DNA of 64,000 nt from Planctomycetota bacterium (GCA_044222185.1 JBGANV010000001.1:1408001-1472000), one strand, 5' to 3'; shown: positions 51,801 to 60,970, counted from the first letter of the stretch. A program made the numbers and translations. Notes: generated from the letters alone by a model not told the origin.

Positions 51801-52995
51801 CATCCCGGGTCCGGCGCAGGCCACCGTTGTATGGCAGACGGCGACCGAGGTAGACGCCGCTGCGTTCCTCGTCGAGCGTGCCTACGCGCCAGCCGGGCCG
51901 TTTGCAGCCGTCGGCGAAATCGGAGCCACCGGCGTCGGCAGCTATCAACGCCTCGATCTCCCCCTGACACCCGGCCAAACTTACACCTACCGGCTGACGG
52001 AGCGGCTCACGCATGGCGCGCTCGTCACGCTGCCCGCAATCACGACGGTGGTCCCGTTGGGCGCGGGGTTCGTGACCAACGTCCTGTTCGTCGGCCCCGG
52101 GAGCGCCTACGTAACCGTCAACGACGCGCTCGCGGCCGCGACATCGCCGAACTCGACCATCGTGATCGGTGCCGGCACCTATCCACCGTTCACGGTCGGC
52201 CCAACCGTGACGCCGGGGCTGCGCATCTTCGGTCAAAGCGCAGGAGCCGTGAACATCGACACGTCGAACGGCCCGATGACGATCGCCGGGGTTGCGGCCG
52301 GAGCGAGCGTCGAGCTTGGCGACTTGAACATCGGGTCATCCATGAATCCCAATCCGGCGGTCGTCGTTCAGAATTGCACCGGAGTCGTGATCATGGATCG
52401 GTTGTCTGCCGCGGCCGATGCCGGCCACCCGGCAATATCGATCCAGGACTCGACGGAGGTGGCCGTGCAGCGCTCCATGCTTCTCGGTGCCCCAGGCCTC
52501 GCAGTCGGCGGCGCCTCGACCGTGGCATTAAGCCGCACGTCGGCGACCGGGGTCGACGCTTCAGGGACATCCCTCGTTCGAACCTGTGCAGTCAGCGCCG
52601 CGGTCACGAGTGCGCCCGGTGCTTTCGTCGCCGGTCTCACCGGGTCGATGCCCGACGTGAGTCTCGACCGATTCTCGTCGATCTCGGCACCGATCGCACT
52701 GCGGATCACGGCCGAGCCCAACTCCGTGGTGATCGCGCTCCTCGCGCCTTCCGTCGGATGGCTCGACGTCAACCCGGCCGTTCAGATGGTCGGATTGCTC
52801 GACCTCGGCTCGTTCCTCATGCTCGGTTCTGGAGTGACGGATGCGTTCGGCGGGGCGAGCGTCGCCCTTCCGGTCACGCCTGCCCTCGCGGCGCTCGTGT
52901 CCGGCCTGCCCGTCTGCGCGCAGGCTGTGGCGGTGACACAAGCGCCCGGGGCACCCCGCTTCACCAACCTACAGTCGTTCGTGATCATGCCGTGA
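48811..52995 (+). CDS. Large exported beta-strand-repeat protein (adhesin-like) with FN3-like and C-terminal domains
   Basis: AGGAG SD; signal ending ..GSGQ; WNGS.D.NWN..ANWS..VP..STNVVIP N-terminus; G/T/S-rich beta repeats; VVWQTATEVD...F.VER...YTYRL; C-terminal AQAV...FTNL. Confidence 0.75.
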   Translation: MVSYRPIVREMSGLGRAARMQVVSCRALAAALTLIGSLANPGSGQTVWNGSADPNWNNSANWSTTVVPRASTNVVIPPGTPNQPSIYTSNPLCNNLTISNGAVMVVAPGFPLLVNAALTVNTGGALDSNDSVTAGSVVLSGTGTWNIRSLAHTVVGSWSSSAGSVIGNGTIQFTGNGSLLTGAGSIPNVVITAGTRSVPNNGGIQSVVSTIAGNLTVSGGSLAITTGTATYFGQSQLTVGGNATFTGGGLAMTSTNTSAEVQTLQVGGNFSWTGTPTLTMSSTATIRCLGSSWCTGSSFNPTSGTVALGISTAASAIAVCGGCSFPNLTIAGNTVATLAGGATVSGSLNVGAGASLVTTTSSIVVGGSVSLIGTGTWDVGTLTHSVAGNWSSGSGSVIGNGTIQFTGNGSLLTGAGSIPNVVITDGTRSVPNDGGTQSIVSTIAGNLTVSGGSLAITTGTATYFGQSQLTVGGNATFTGGGLAMTSTNTSAQLQTFQVGGNFSWTGTPTLTMSSAATIRCEGTNWSSSSTFVSNSGLVKFDGTTFQTVDASSLPNVTVTSTSATSLVGTSVIQGAVTVNGILVAMNDLEINSGVSVAAAAAMLLTVGNYRLSGPLTLSGKFQSDSPITIDGTSTISLGAGASLPELVVAAPPSQTVAFAGNSVPIVGNLTLQSGSMTIAANCAVSVAGAAQFSGGSLAGPATAILDVASHVTFSGTTCTSPPTIRCGGDWTADAGFAPTSGAVELDGTSPSLITATSPGSIARFNSLVMKNGVRSSGASSLTVDAATVVVQGGASFAAGSHQVSIARATATTMTVNGTLSVGAGGELRLGPLTTLTIAGPPSVSGTLSLIGSPSAPAVVRAAGAGGYGLTISGTVAARNYVFQEMGAAGIRITASATMAPPPNDLRGGLFTLPTAGANSVMLEVVQAGPRQLRYLNFENPNSVAAGNVRVPATAPALFTLSMVNWGGSHGGQAQEIDPLNRINWGPPEVTMVGSLSAIPGPAQATVVWQTATEVDAAAFLVERAYAPAGPFAAVGEIGATGVGSYQRLDLPLTPGQTYTYRLTERLTHGALVTLPAITTVVPLGAGFVTNVLFVGPGSAYVTVNDALAAATSPNSTIVIGAGTYPPFTVGPTVTPGLRIFGQSAGAVNIDTSNGPMTIAGVAAGASVELGDLNIGSSMNPNPAVVVQNCTGVVIMDRLSAAADAGHPAISIQDSTEVAVQRSMLLGAPGLAVGGASTVALSRTSATGVDASGTSLVRTCAVSAAVTSAPGAFVAGLTGSMPDVSLDRFSSISAPIALRITAEPNSVVIALLAPSVGWLDVNPAVQMVGLLDLGSFLMLGSGVTDAFGGASVALPVTPALAALVSGLPVCAQAVAVTQAPGAPRFTNLQSFVIMP
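49282..50369 (+). repeat. Near-identical intragenic duplication of about 390 bp (49282-49673 and 49978-50369)
   Basis: Offset of 696 bp (232 codons); long identical runs, e.g. ATCGCCGGCAATCTCACCGTCTCGGGCGGATCACTCGCGATCACGACCGGAACAGCCACGTACTTCGGTCAGAGCCA at 49441 and 50137. Confidence 0.92.
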
Positions 52996-53041
52996 CCTCG
53001 GACGCCGCGGGCTCAGAATCCCACCGCTCGCTTTTCAGGGA

Positions 53042-56000
53042 ATGACGAACATGCGCGATTCGAACCAATCGGCCTCGGTTCTCCGCAGACCACTGCCGCT
53101 GACCCACGCAATCTCGCTGCGCGCTCTGCTCTTGGCATCCGCACTCTGCGCGGCGGCGACCGGCCAGATCACCACCGAGAATGCGCCGTCGGGGAATCTC
53201 CAGGCGCTCACGATGAGCGGATCCATGATCGTCGGTGACACGATCACCGCTCGCGTGGCAGCTCCCGCGGGTTCGTTCGTCATACTTGGCGTGTCCAGCG
53301 CTCCCGGTGACCTCGATACGGGGAGTGGCCACATCCTGCTCGACCTGGCGCAAGTGGTGCCATTGACGTTCCTCGGGTTCGCCGGTTCGGACAATCAATT
53401 CACCGTCACGGCAACGGTCCCGCCAGGACTGGCCGTCGGCGCGACGGCCTACTTGCAGGGAGCGATCTGTCAGAACTGCAGCCCGAGCGCACCGAGTCTG
53501 CAGTTCACGAACCGGGCGATCTGCCGCTACCAGGGCGCTCTCGACATAAGCGTGCTTTCACCGGCAGCAGGCGTCCTCCCCACCCAGACCGTCGTGCTTC
53601 ACGAGGCTCACGTGAGTGTCGTCGTTGCTTACGACGAGGGCGCGGACCCAGCGACGCTCATGGTGCTCCTGACAGGTCCTGGACAGAACGCCACGCCACT
53701 CCAGAACGGGATGACGAGGAGCGCAGCTGGAGCCTCGGGGCAAACACCTCCACTGGTCAGCGGAACCTACACGATCACGGCATCGATCGCAGCCGCTGGA
53801 GGGGCGCTCACGACGGCGACGATCCGCAACTTCGAGGTTGCGCTGCCATCGACGACGGGCCCGACCATCGTCCGTGGATACCTGTTGGATCCCGTGGGCC
53901 CGACGCCGATCGTTGGCGCTTCGATCTTCTTCGACGAAGGTGGTTCGACCGTCCTGACCGACAACCAGGGCCAATACACGATCCTCGATGCGCCGATCGG
54001 TGTCGGCGTACACATCAACTTCGATCCGACGAGCGCCGGCTCGGGGAATCTCGGACCCGGCGAGTACTACCCCGTCTACAAGCGGCCGATCTCGGTCGTC
54101 GAGGGAGCGTTGAACACGCCAGACCCGTGTTACCTGCCCAAGATCACTCCGCTCGCAGGATTCGGAGCCCTCGACCAGCAAGGCATCTTCTCGTGTGCGC
54201 AGAAGCGATTCCTGCAGGCTTACACCGTCGAGAACACGCAGCTCGGGGTACGGCTGCACATCCCTGCCGGCACGCATGTGACCTTCCTGAACGACGCGAA
54301 CCCGTGCACGCAGCAGCTCTCGATCGCTCCGGTCGACCGCGACCACGCGCCGTCGAACCTGCCTGCTGACCTTCGTCCAGCGCTGCTGATCACCGTCCAG
54401 CCGACCGGGATGAGGTTCTGGGTCACACCACCCAGCGGAACGAACCCGGGAACGCCCCAGCGCCTTCCGATCGACTTCCCGAACACGGATGACCTCGCGC
54501 TCGCCAACGAGATGGACCTGTTCTCAGTCGACCACGAAACAGGCCAATTCGCGGTCATGGGACGGATGCGCGCAACGCACCTCCGAAACGATCCCCAGTT
54601 TCCGCTGGGCCTGATCGAAACGATCCCCGGAACGGGCGGCCTCCAAGGTGGAAGCTGGCACTGCACCTGTCCACCGGCTCCAGTGGCTCCGCCACCCCCG
54701 CCAAGCTGCGGCGACGCATGCTGTGACGGCACCTGCATGTGCCCGAACCCGGAAGTGAGCCTCCGCAATGGGTTCATCAACGAGACGTTCCACCTGCCGA
54801 AACGGCGCATTTTCGACACGCCATGGGGGCCGGATCTCTCATACAACTCCCAGCGCCTCGCCAGCAATCTCGTCGTGCGTCTCAATGTGACGATCCCTCA
54901 GGTCAACGCCGTTCCGCCACTGGTGTCACTTACGGCCATGCTCGACGGAATGCCAAACGGCGGAGAGGCCTGGTTCGACACTCACGGCCTGAACGAGGCC
55001 GTCGACGAGACCCGAGTGATGTCGTTTGCGTTCAACACCACGGGACTGGCGAGCGGGCCGCACGCCTATGACATCTCCGTGAATAGCCACTATGGACAGG
55101 CCAAGGTGACGGCTCACGTGAAGGGCCTTCTTTACGTCGCGCAGCAAGAACAGTGTCGCTTCGGACGGGGGTGGGCGCTGACCACGGACCGGCAGCTGTT
55201 CGGCGGACCATCGACGACGGAGCTGACCCTTCTCGACGGAAACGGCCGCCGGCACGACCTGAAGGACGAGGTTCTGCTGACAGACCCCGGCCTGAGCGTG
55301 CGGATGTTCGCGGATACGTCCGTCACGGCGATGCAGTCGTTCTATGCCTCGTCGGCGCCGTCGTCGTTCACGGTCCTCCGCGCCGGCCAACCGCCGAGCG
55401 TTGTGACCGAGACGACGGTTCCACTCCCGAAGTTCTGGAATGCGACTGGGCCCAACCTGCTGAACCTCGGCGCGGACGGGCTGCTCGATCCGGCGACGTC
55501 GCAGGCCTCCCCACATGGCGATGACATCATCCTCCAAGCACCGAACAACCAGGACGCATTCGGCGCCCTGCTTGAAGGCTACTTGGTGATTCGGCAGGCC
55601 GGACCCGTCTCGTTTGCGGTCTTCGCGGACGATGCCTTCCAGTTGGAAGTGAACGGGCCTGGCGTCGACGGGATCCAGGCGACTCTCACCGGCTCGAACA
55701 CGAGCGGCTTCGTCGTGACCCCTCCAGTGACGCTGCCGGCTGGCCCCGTGAGGTTCCGGCTCGCCTACGTGGACCATGGGGGCAACTCACATCTTTGGGT
55801 CGTAGCCACTGGCGGAGGGCTGCCTGGAGGCGTCATCAACGACCCTCTGACCTACACCAGCAGCGGCTCGAGTGGCGGCTGTTCGACGCCCAATTGCGCA
55901 GCCCTTTTCAGCGGAGGTATCGGGAGCAGTCCGGTCGTGGTCGGGAGGTTCCGTGGAACGAACGGGGACTTCACGACGCTGGCCCGGCAACCGCAAGGCA

Positions 56001-59000
56001 CCTATCGCCGGGATCTCGGCGACAAGGGGTACGAAGTCTACGACCAAGCCGGCGCGCTCATCCAGGAGGTCGATCGGAACGGACGCACGACAACCTACTC
56101 TCGCGGACCAGACGAACGCATTTCGAGCATCACGGACCCGGCAGGCGGCGTGACTACGATTACGTACACCGGGGCTCTGGCAACGTCGATCACGGACGCA
56201 GCTGGCCGCAGCACGACGTTCACGTACGACGCACAGGGCAACCTGACGCGCATCACCGATGCCTCCGGCGGGCACTGGGATTACACGTACACGCAGCAAG
56301 GCTTGTTGAGCTCCAACTCGGACCCCGACGGCGTGCTCCATCGCCACGAATACGACGTTGCAGGGCGCTACCAGCGGTTCATCCACCCCGACGGCTCGTA
56401 CCAGTTGTTTCAACCGATCGAATCGGCGGGCCTCGCACTGGGATCGACGCCAGCGACGGCGGTCGTGCCACTTGCGCCGACCGCGGCCACAGCTCGGCAT
56501 TTCGATGAGCTCGGCCATTCCACGGTGCTCGTCCAGACGATCAGCGCCCCGGCCTCGGGTAGCCGCGGTGCGGTTCGCCTCGATACCATCGACGCCCTCC
56601 AACACACCACGAGCGTCGTTCGCGACTACGCGACGCTTCTGGTCCAGCGTGTGACTCGTCCAGACGGCACCGTCACGGCATTCACGACGGACTTCCTTCG
56701 GGGCATTCTCCTCTCGGTCGTACAAGAAGGAGACCCCGCAACCCCGACCGACGATCGTCGCACGAACTTTGGTTGGTACTCCGACAACTGGCTTCAGAGC
56801 GTCACGTCGGCGGTCGGCACCCCGCTGCAACGCACGACGACGATCGCTCGAGATGTGAACGGCAACCCGACCGCCGTGATAGACGCGCTGAATCATGGAC
56901 CAACCGCCCAGTACAGCTCCGACGGGACGTTGCTTCAGACCGCTGACGCGACCGGGGTGACCACGCTGATCACGCGCGATCCGGCGACGCGCAATGTGCT
57001 CTCGTATTCCGTGAATGGACGGAACACGGTTCATTCTTACGACCCTGCAGGCAACGTGACGGCAACGACTTTCCCAGACGGTGCCGCGACACACTACACG
57101 TGGGACCCGATGGGCCGCTTGCTCAGCGTGACGGACCCTCTCGCGAACGCCACGACGAACACTCACACGCCTGCCGGTCGTCTCACAACCGTGACCAATC
57201 CGCGCTCGGCCCAGGTCACGAGGTCCTACGACTCCGACGGCAAGCTCGCCTCCACGACGGACCCTCTCGGGCGCGCGGAGACCTACGCCTACCTGCCGAA
57301 TGGGCTCCTCCAGGCTCATACCGACCGGAACGGGACGACGACGACCTACTCATACGACGCGACAGGGAACCTCACCTCGATCACCGATCCGCAGCAGCAA
57401 GCCGTGTTCACCTACGACTCCGTCGGACGCGTGACGGCGGCGGTCAACCCGACGGCCGCCGTGGCACTAGCGTACTCACGATTCGACGAGCTCGTCCTCG
57501 AGTCGACCGTGGCGAGCGGCGCCATCCATAGCGTAGTGAGTTCCTACGATGCACTGGGGCAACGCACGCAGCGATCGAGCAGTCTGGGATCGAGCGTCAT
57601 CTGTTCGACCGCCTACGCCTATGACGCCGCGGGGCGCCCGGCGTCCATCCAGGAATCCGTGAGCGATCCGATGTTGCCCGCCACGACCTCCGCCTTCACG
57701 TTCCTCCACGACGCTGCGGGTCGGCGACTTCAGACGTTGGCGTCGGGCGGCGTCGAGACCGACTACAGCTACGACGCGGATGGGTACACGGCCTCGGCCA
57801 CGACTCGGCTGAACGGCATCCCAACGGCCGTGGACGTGCTCGGGTACAACCTCCGCAAGGACGTCCTCTCGATTCTCGAGACACGGACGCTCCTCCCACC
57901 CAACGCCACGCAATATCAGTACGACGCGGCCAGGAGGTTGACGTCGGAGGTACCGACAGCGCCCGGCCTGTCTGCCCTCGCCTACGCGCCCTACGACGGC
58001 GCCGGCAACCGCCGGATCAACACGCACACATACGACCTTGCCGACGAGCTCCTCTTCGACGGGACGTTCTACTACGACTACGACCCCGAAGGCGCCGTGA
58101 TCGCCCGGCGGCCCGGGCCCGCTCCCCTACCGCGGCGCACGTTCACGTCCGATCCCCAGGGTCGACTCGTGAGCGTTACAGACCTCAGCGGTATTGGTGC
58201 ACCCACGACGCTTGCGACCTTCGGATACGACGCATTCGGCCGGCGAGTCTCGCGTGACGCGGTTCGCTACTGGTACGACCGCGAGGACGTGATCCTCGCC
58301 GTCGACGGGCAAGCCCAGCACACCGCCATGACCCATGGCCCCGGGATCGATGAGCCTCTCGCCACCGTCGATGCGAACGGACGCCTACTGCTCGTGCACG
58401 ACGCTTTGGGCAGCGTGATCCAAGGCATTCGCAACGGCACCATCGTCGGTGAGCACCGCTACGACGCCTTTGGGAATCGGCTTACATCGACCGGCGCGCT
58501 TTGCCCGGCTGCGCTGGATTACGGGTATAGGTCCCGGGAGTTCGATGGTGTCACGGAACTGCAGTTCAACCGGGCTCGATATCTCGACGCAGGGCTTGCT
58601 CGGTTCCTGCGGCGGGAGCCACTGGAGATCCGGTTCCTTGGAGGCCGGCGACCCGCCTTCGCGGCGCGCTATGCGTACGCATTAAATTGTCCCACACACT
58701 ATTTCGACCCGACCGGACTCTTTCCGAGCCTCGGTGGAGCTGGATTCCCTGCTGTCGCCCCAAATGATGAGCCGCTGTTTCCGCCTCGAACTCCGGATTA
58801 TCCGACGCCGGAGGAGCTCATTGGTGGCCTGGTCGACTCTGCGATATGCGGGGCGGTGACGTCGGCCTGTGAGACAGCATTGGGGGCTGCGCTCCCCTTT
58901 GAGGGCCCGATAGTGGAATTGGCAACTGAGACTGGATGCGACGATGCCGCCAAGAGGCTGTGCGACGCATGCAAGAGGGTCGACGCCTACAAGCGGAAGT

Positions 59001-59029
59001 TCCCAAAGCTGTATCCGCCCGAACAGTAG
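53042..59029 (+). CDS. RHS/YD-repeat (teneurin-like) protein with PA14 domain and unknown C-terminal tip
   Basis: Signal peptide; YD repeats (TYDAQGNLTRITD, YDADG); RHS core (HDALGSV, YDAFGN, FNRARY, YAYALNCP...DPTGL); PA14 motifs (FGALLEGYL...FADDAFQL). Confidence 0.92.
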   Translation: MTNMRDSNQSASVLRRPLPLTHAISLRALLLASALCAAATGQITTENAPSGNLQALTMSGSMIVGDTITARVAAPAGSFVILGVSSAPGDLDTGSGHILLDLAQVVPLTFLGFAGSDNQFTVTATVPPGLAVGATAYLQGAICQNCSPSAPSLQFTNRAICRYQGALDISVLSPAAGVLPTQTVVLHEAHVSVVVAYDEGADPATLMVLLTGPGQNATPLQNGMTRSAAGASGQTPPLVSGTYTITASIAAAGGALTTATIRNFEVALPSTTGPTIVRGYLLDPVGPTPIVGASIFFDEGGSTVLTDNQGQYTILDAPIGVGVHINFDPTSAGSGNLGPGEYYPVYKRPISVVEGALNTPDPCYLPKITPLAGFGALDQQGIFSCAQKRFLQAYTVENTQLGVRLHIPAGTHVTFLNDANPCTQQLSIAPVDRDHAPSNLPADLRPALLITVQPTGMRFWVTPPSGTNPGTPQRLPIDFPNTDDLALANEMDLFSVDHETGQFAVMGRMRATHLRNDPQFPLGLIETIPGTGGLQGGSWHCTCPPAPVAPPPPPSCGDACCDGTCMCPNPEVSLRNGFINETFHLPKRRIFDTPWGPDLSYNSQRLASNLVVRLNVTIPQVNAVPPLVSLTAMLDGMPNGGEAWFDTHGLNEAVDETRVMSFAFNTTGLASGPHAYDISVNSHYGQAKVTAHVKGLLYVAQQEQCRFGRGWALTTDRQLFGGPSTTELTLLDGNGRRHDLKDEVLLTDPGLSVRMFADTSVTAMQSFYASSAPSSFTVLRAGQPPSVVTETTVPLPKFWNATGPNLLNLGADGLLDPATSQASPHGDDIILQAPNNQDAFGALLEGYLVIRQAGPVSFAVFADDAFQLEVNGPGVDGIQATLTGSNTSGFVVTPPVTLPAGPVRFRLAYVDHGGNSHLWVVATGGGLPGGVINDPLTYTSSGSSGGCSTPNCAALFSGGIGSSPVVVGRFRGTNGDFTTLARQPQGTYRRDLGDKGYEVYDQAGALIQEVDRNGRTTTYSRGPDERISSITDPAGGVTTITYTGALATSITDAAGRSTTFTYDAQGNLTRITDASGGHWDYTYTQQGLLSSNSDPDGVLHRHEYDVAGRYQRFIHPDGSYQLFQPIESAGLALGSTPATAVVPLAPTAATARHFDELGHSTVLVQTISAPASGSRGAVRLDTIDALQHTTSVVRDYATLLVQRVTRPDGTVTAFTTDFLRGILLSVVQEGDPATPTDDRRTNFGWYSDNWLQSVTSAVGTPLQRTTTIARDVNGNPTAVIDALNHGPTAQYSSDGTLLQTADATGVTTLITRDPATRNVLSYSVNGRNTVHSYDPAGNVTATTFPDGAATHYTWDPMGRLLSVTDPLANATTNTHTPAGRLTTVTNPRSAQVTRSYDSDGKLASTTDPLGRAETYAYLPNGLLQAHTDRNGTTTTYSYDATGNLTSITDPQQQAVFTYDSVGRVTAAVNPTAAVALAYSRFDELVLESTVASGAIHSVVSSYDALGQRTQRSSSLGSSVICSTAYAYDAAGRPASIQESVSDPMLPATTSAFTFLHDAAGRRLQTLASGGVETDYSYDADGYTASATTRLNGIPTAVDVLGYNLRKDVLSILETRTLLPPNATQYQYDAARRLTSEVPTAPGLSALAYAPYDGAGNRRINTHTYDLADELLFDGTFYYDYDPEGAVIARRPGPAPLPRRTFTSDPQGRLVSVTDLSGIGAPTTLATFGYDAFGRRVSRDAVRYWYDREDVILAVDGQAQHTAMTHGPGIDEPLATVDANGRLLLVHDALGSVIQGIRNGTIVGEHRYDAFGNRLTSTGALCPAALDYGYRSREFDGVTELQFNRARYLDAGLARFLRREPLEIRFLGGRRPAFAARYAYALNCPTHYFDPTGLFPSLGGAGFPAVAPNDEPLFPPRTPDYPTPEELIGGLVDSAICGAVTSACETALGAALPFEGPIVELATETGCDDAAKRLCDACKRVDAYKRKFPKLYPPEQ

Positions 59030-59144
59030 GCACTCTGTAGAATGTGTACGTCCGACGCAGATCCTTCGAAGCGTCCCTCTCTAACCGCACGCAGTAGGCG
59101 CCTCGGTCTTGACGGGGCCCAGGGTTGCCGGACGAAACGCGGCG

Positions 59145-59912
59145 CTACCCCGCCGCATCCCGCAGGTGCGCGAGGAGGATGGCGACGGCGGCGGCGACGT
59201 TGAGGGATTCGAAGCCCGATTCGAGCGGGATCCGCACGCGCGTGCAGCGGCCGTCGTTCGGGGACACACGCGTGCCGCCGCCTTCGTTGGAGGCGACGAG
59301 GACCCACTTGGGTGGCGCCACGAGGTCGCCGAACAAGACACCTTCGTGCGGATCGAGGACGAGAACGGTGTGGCCCGTGGAGGCCGTGGCAGTGAAGAGC
59401 GCCTCGACGTCGAGCGATTGAGCGTAGGGCAGCCAGAGGAGCGCTCCGGCCGAGCTGCGAAGGGTTTTCGGTGCGGTGGGGTCGGCCGTACCTGGTGAAA
59501 GCAGCAGGGCGCCCGCTCCGAGGGCCGCGGAGGTTCGGGCGATCGTGCCGACGTTTCCAGGGTCCTGAACGGCTTCCAGGTACACGATGCGCGAGTGATC
59601 TCGCAGGATGTCGGAGGGCGTTCGAGGCCCGTTCCAATCGGCCAGCGCCGCGACGCCGTCGGGAGTCTTGACGTCCACGAGCCGCTGGATGTCCGCCGCC
59701 GAGACCTCCGTCACGGGAATGGCGCCGGCGGCGGCACGAACCCCCGCGACGTCCGAGAAGCTCGGCGCCACGAAGATCTCGCGGACCACTCCCCGATCGA
59801 GCCCCTCGGCCACCAGGTGCCGCCCTTCGAGGAGCATCTGCTTCGTCGCCGCCCGCTCCTCGGCCCTTGCCAGGCCAGCGAGCGTCTTGATCCGTGCCTT
59901 GGAGATCGTCAT
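59145..59912 (-). CDS. TrmH/SpoU family RNA methyltransferase
   Basis: LLEGRHLV, VQDPGNVGTIAR, SNEGGG, IPL...ESLNVAAA. Start trimmed to MTISK. Confidence 0.92.
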   Translation of the reverse strand: MTISKARIKTLAGLARAEERAATKQMLLEGRHLVAEGLDRGVVREIFVAPSFSDVAGVRAAAGAIPVTEVSAADIQRLVDVKTPDGVAALADWNGPRTPSDILRDHSRIVYLEAVQDPGNVGTIARTSAALGAGALLLSPGTADPTAPKTLRSSAGALLWLPYAQSLDVEALFTATASTGHTVLVLDPHEGVLFGDLVAPPKWVLVASNEGGGTRVSPNDGRCTRVRIPLESGFESLNVAAAVAILLAHLRDAAG

Positions 59913-59969
59913 GGAAGGTGGCGATCGTACCGCTCGCGCTACGATCCGCACCACCGGGTTCCATCCCCC

Positions 59970-60959
59970 ATGTCGCTGAAGGACTTGAGCAAGCCGGTCG
60001 AGGAGATCCATCACGTCGTCACGGGCGACGAGGATGGTTTCCGCCTCGATCACGTCGTCTGCAGCCACATCACCTGGCGATCTCGAAACGACATCCAGCT
60101 CCGGATCCGGCAGGGCACGATCTTGGTGAACGGTCAGCGATCGAAGGCCGCGGCACGGGTGCGCGACGGCGACGTCATCACGGTCAAGGTGGAGCCGCCC
60201 GCGGGAGCCAAGGTGGACCCTGAGGCGATCCCGCTCGTGATCCTCCACGAGGAGCGACTGTTCCTCGTGCTCGACAAGCCGGCTGGTGCCGTGATCCACC
60301 CCGTCGGGCAGTACGTCCTCAACACGCTGATGAACGTGCTCCATGCGCACTATCGGCGCCCGGAGAGTCCGGAGCAGGATGTCGTCCCCATGGTCGTTCA
60401 TCGGCTCGACAAGGACACGTCGGGTGTGCTGCTCGTGGCGAAGGACGAGGTGGCGCGCAAGAAGCTCGGCGCGGCATTCGAAGGGCGCGACGTCGAGAAG
60501 GAGTACCTCGCGCTCGTTCACGGGATCGTCGAGAAGGACCACGACGTCGACCTGCCGATCGGTCCCGATCCCTCGGGCACGAACAAGACGAAGATGGCGT
60601 GCGTCCCGGACGGTCGCCCGTCACGGACGGCGGTCCGCGTCGTCGAGACATTCGAGCGCGCGACACTCGTTCGGTGCATCCCGCTGACGGGGCGTCAGCA
60701 CCAGATTCGCGTGCACCTCGCGTCCGTCGGGCATCCGATCCTCGCCGACGCCCTCTACAGCTCCGCCGCGGAAGTCCGCGCTGGCGCGTTGGGAGTCCAG
60801 GACGTCCCGCCGGAGACGGTGGTGCTCGCGCGGCAGGCGCTTCACGCCGCCAGACTCGTCGTCCCGCACCCCGTCACCGGCGCGCGGTCGACGTTCGAAT
60901 CGCCGCTGGCGGCGGATCTCGCCGCGCTCTGTCTGCGACTTCGCGCGCGAGGGGCGTGA
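59970..60959 (+). CDS. RluA/RluD family pseudouridine synthase with S4 domain
   Basis: RLD...SR..IQ..I..G.ILVNG (S4), DKPAG, VHRLDKDTSG, TGRQHQIRVH, QALHA. Confidence 0.95.
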   Translation: MSLKDLSKPVEEIHHVVTGDEDGFRLDHVVCSHITWRSRNDIQLRIRQGTILVNGQRSKAAARVRDGDVITVKVEPPAGAKVDPEAIPLVILHEERLFLVLDKPAGAVIHPVGQYVLNTLMNVLHAHYRRPESPEQDVVPMVVHRLDKDTSGVLLVAKDEVARKKLGAAFEGRDVEKEYLALVHGIVEKDHDVDLPIGPDPSGTNKTKMACVPDGRPSRTAVRVVETFERATLVRCIPLTGRQHQIRVHLASVGHPILADALYSSAAEVRAGALGVQDVPPETVVLARQALHAARLVVPHPVTGARSTFESPLAADLAALCLRLRARGA

Positions 60960-60970
60960 GCCCGCCGCGA

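Noticed and set aside
59030-59144. Immunity gene for the RHS tip
   Set aside because: The gap is only 115 bp; the plus-strand ORFs at 59109 and 59125 lie antisense to trmH and look spurious.
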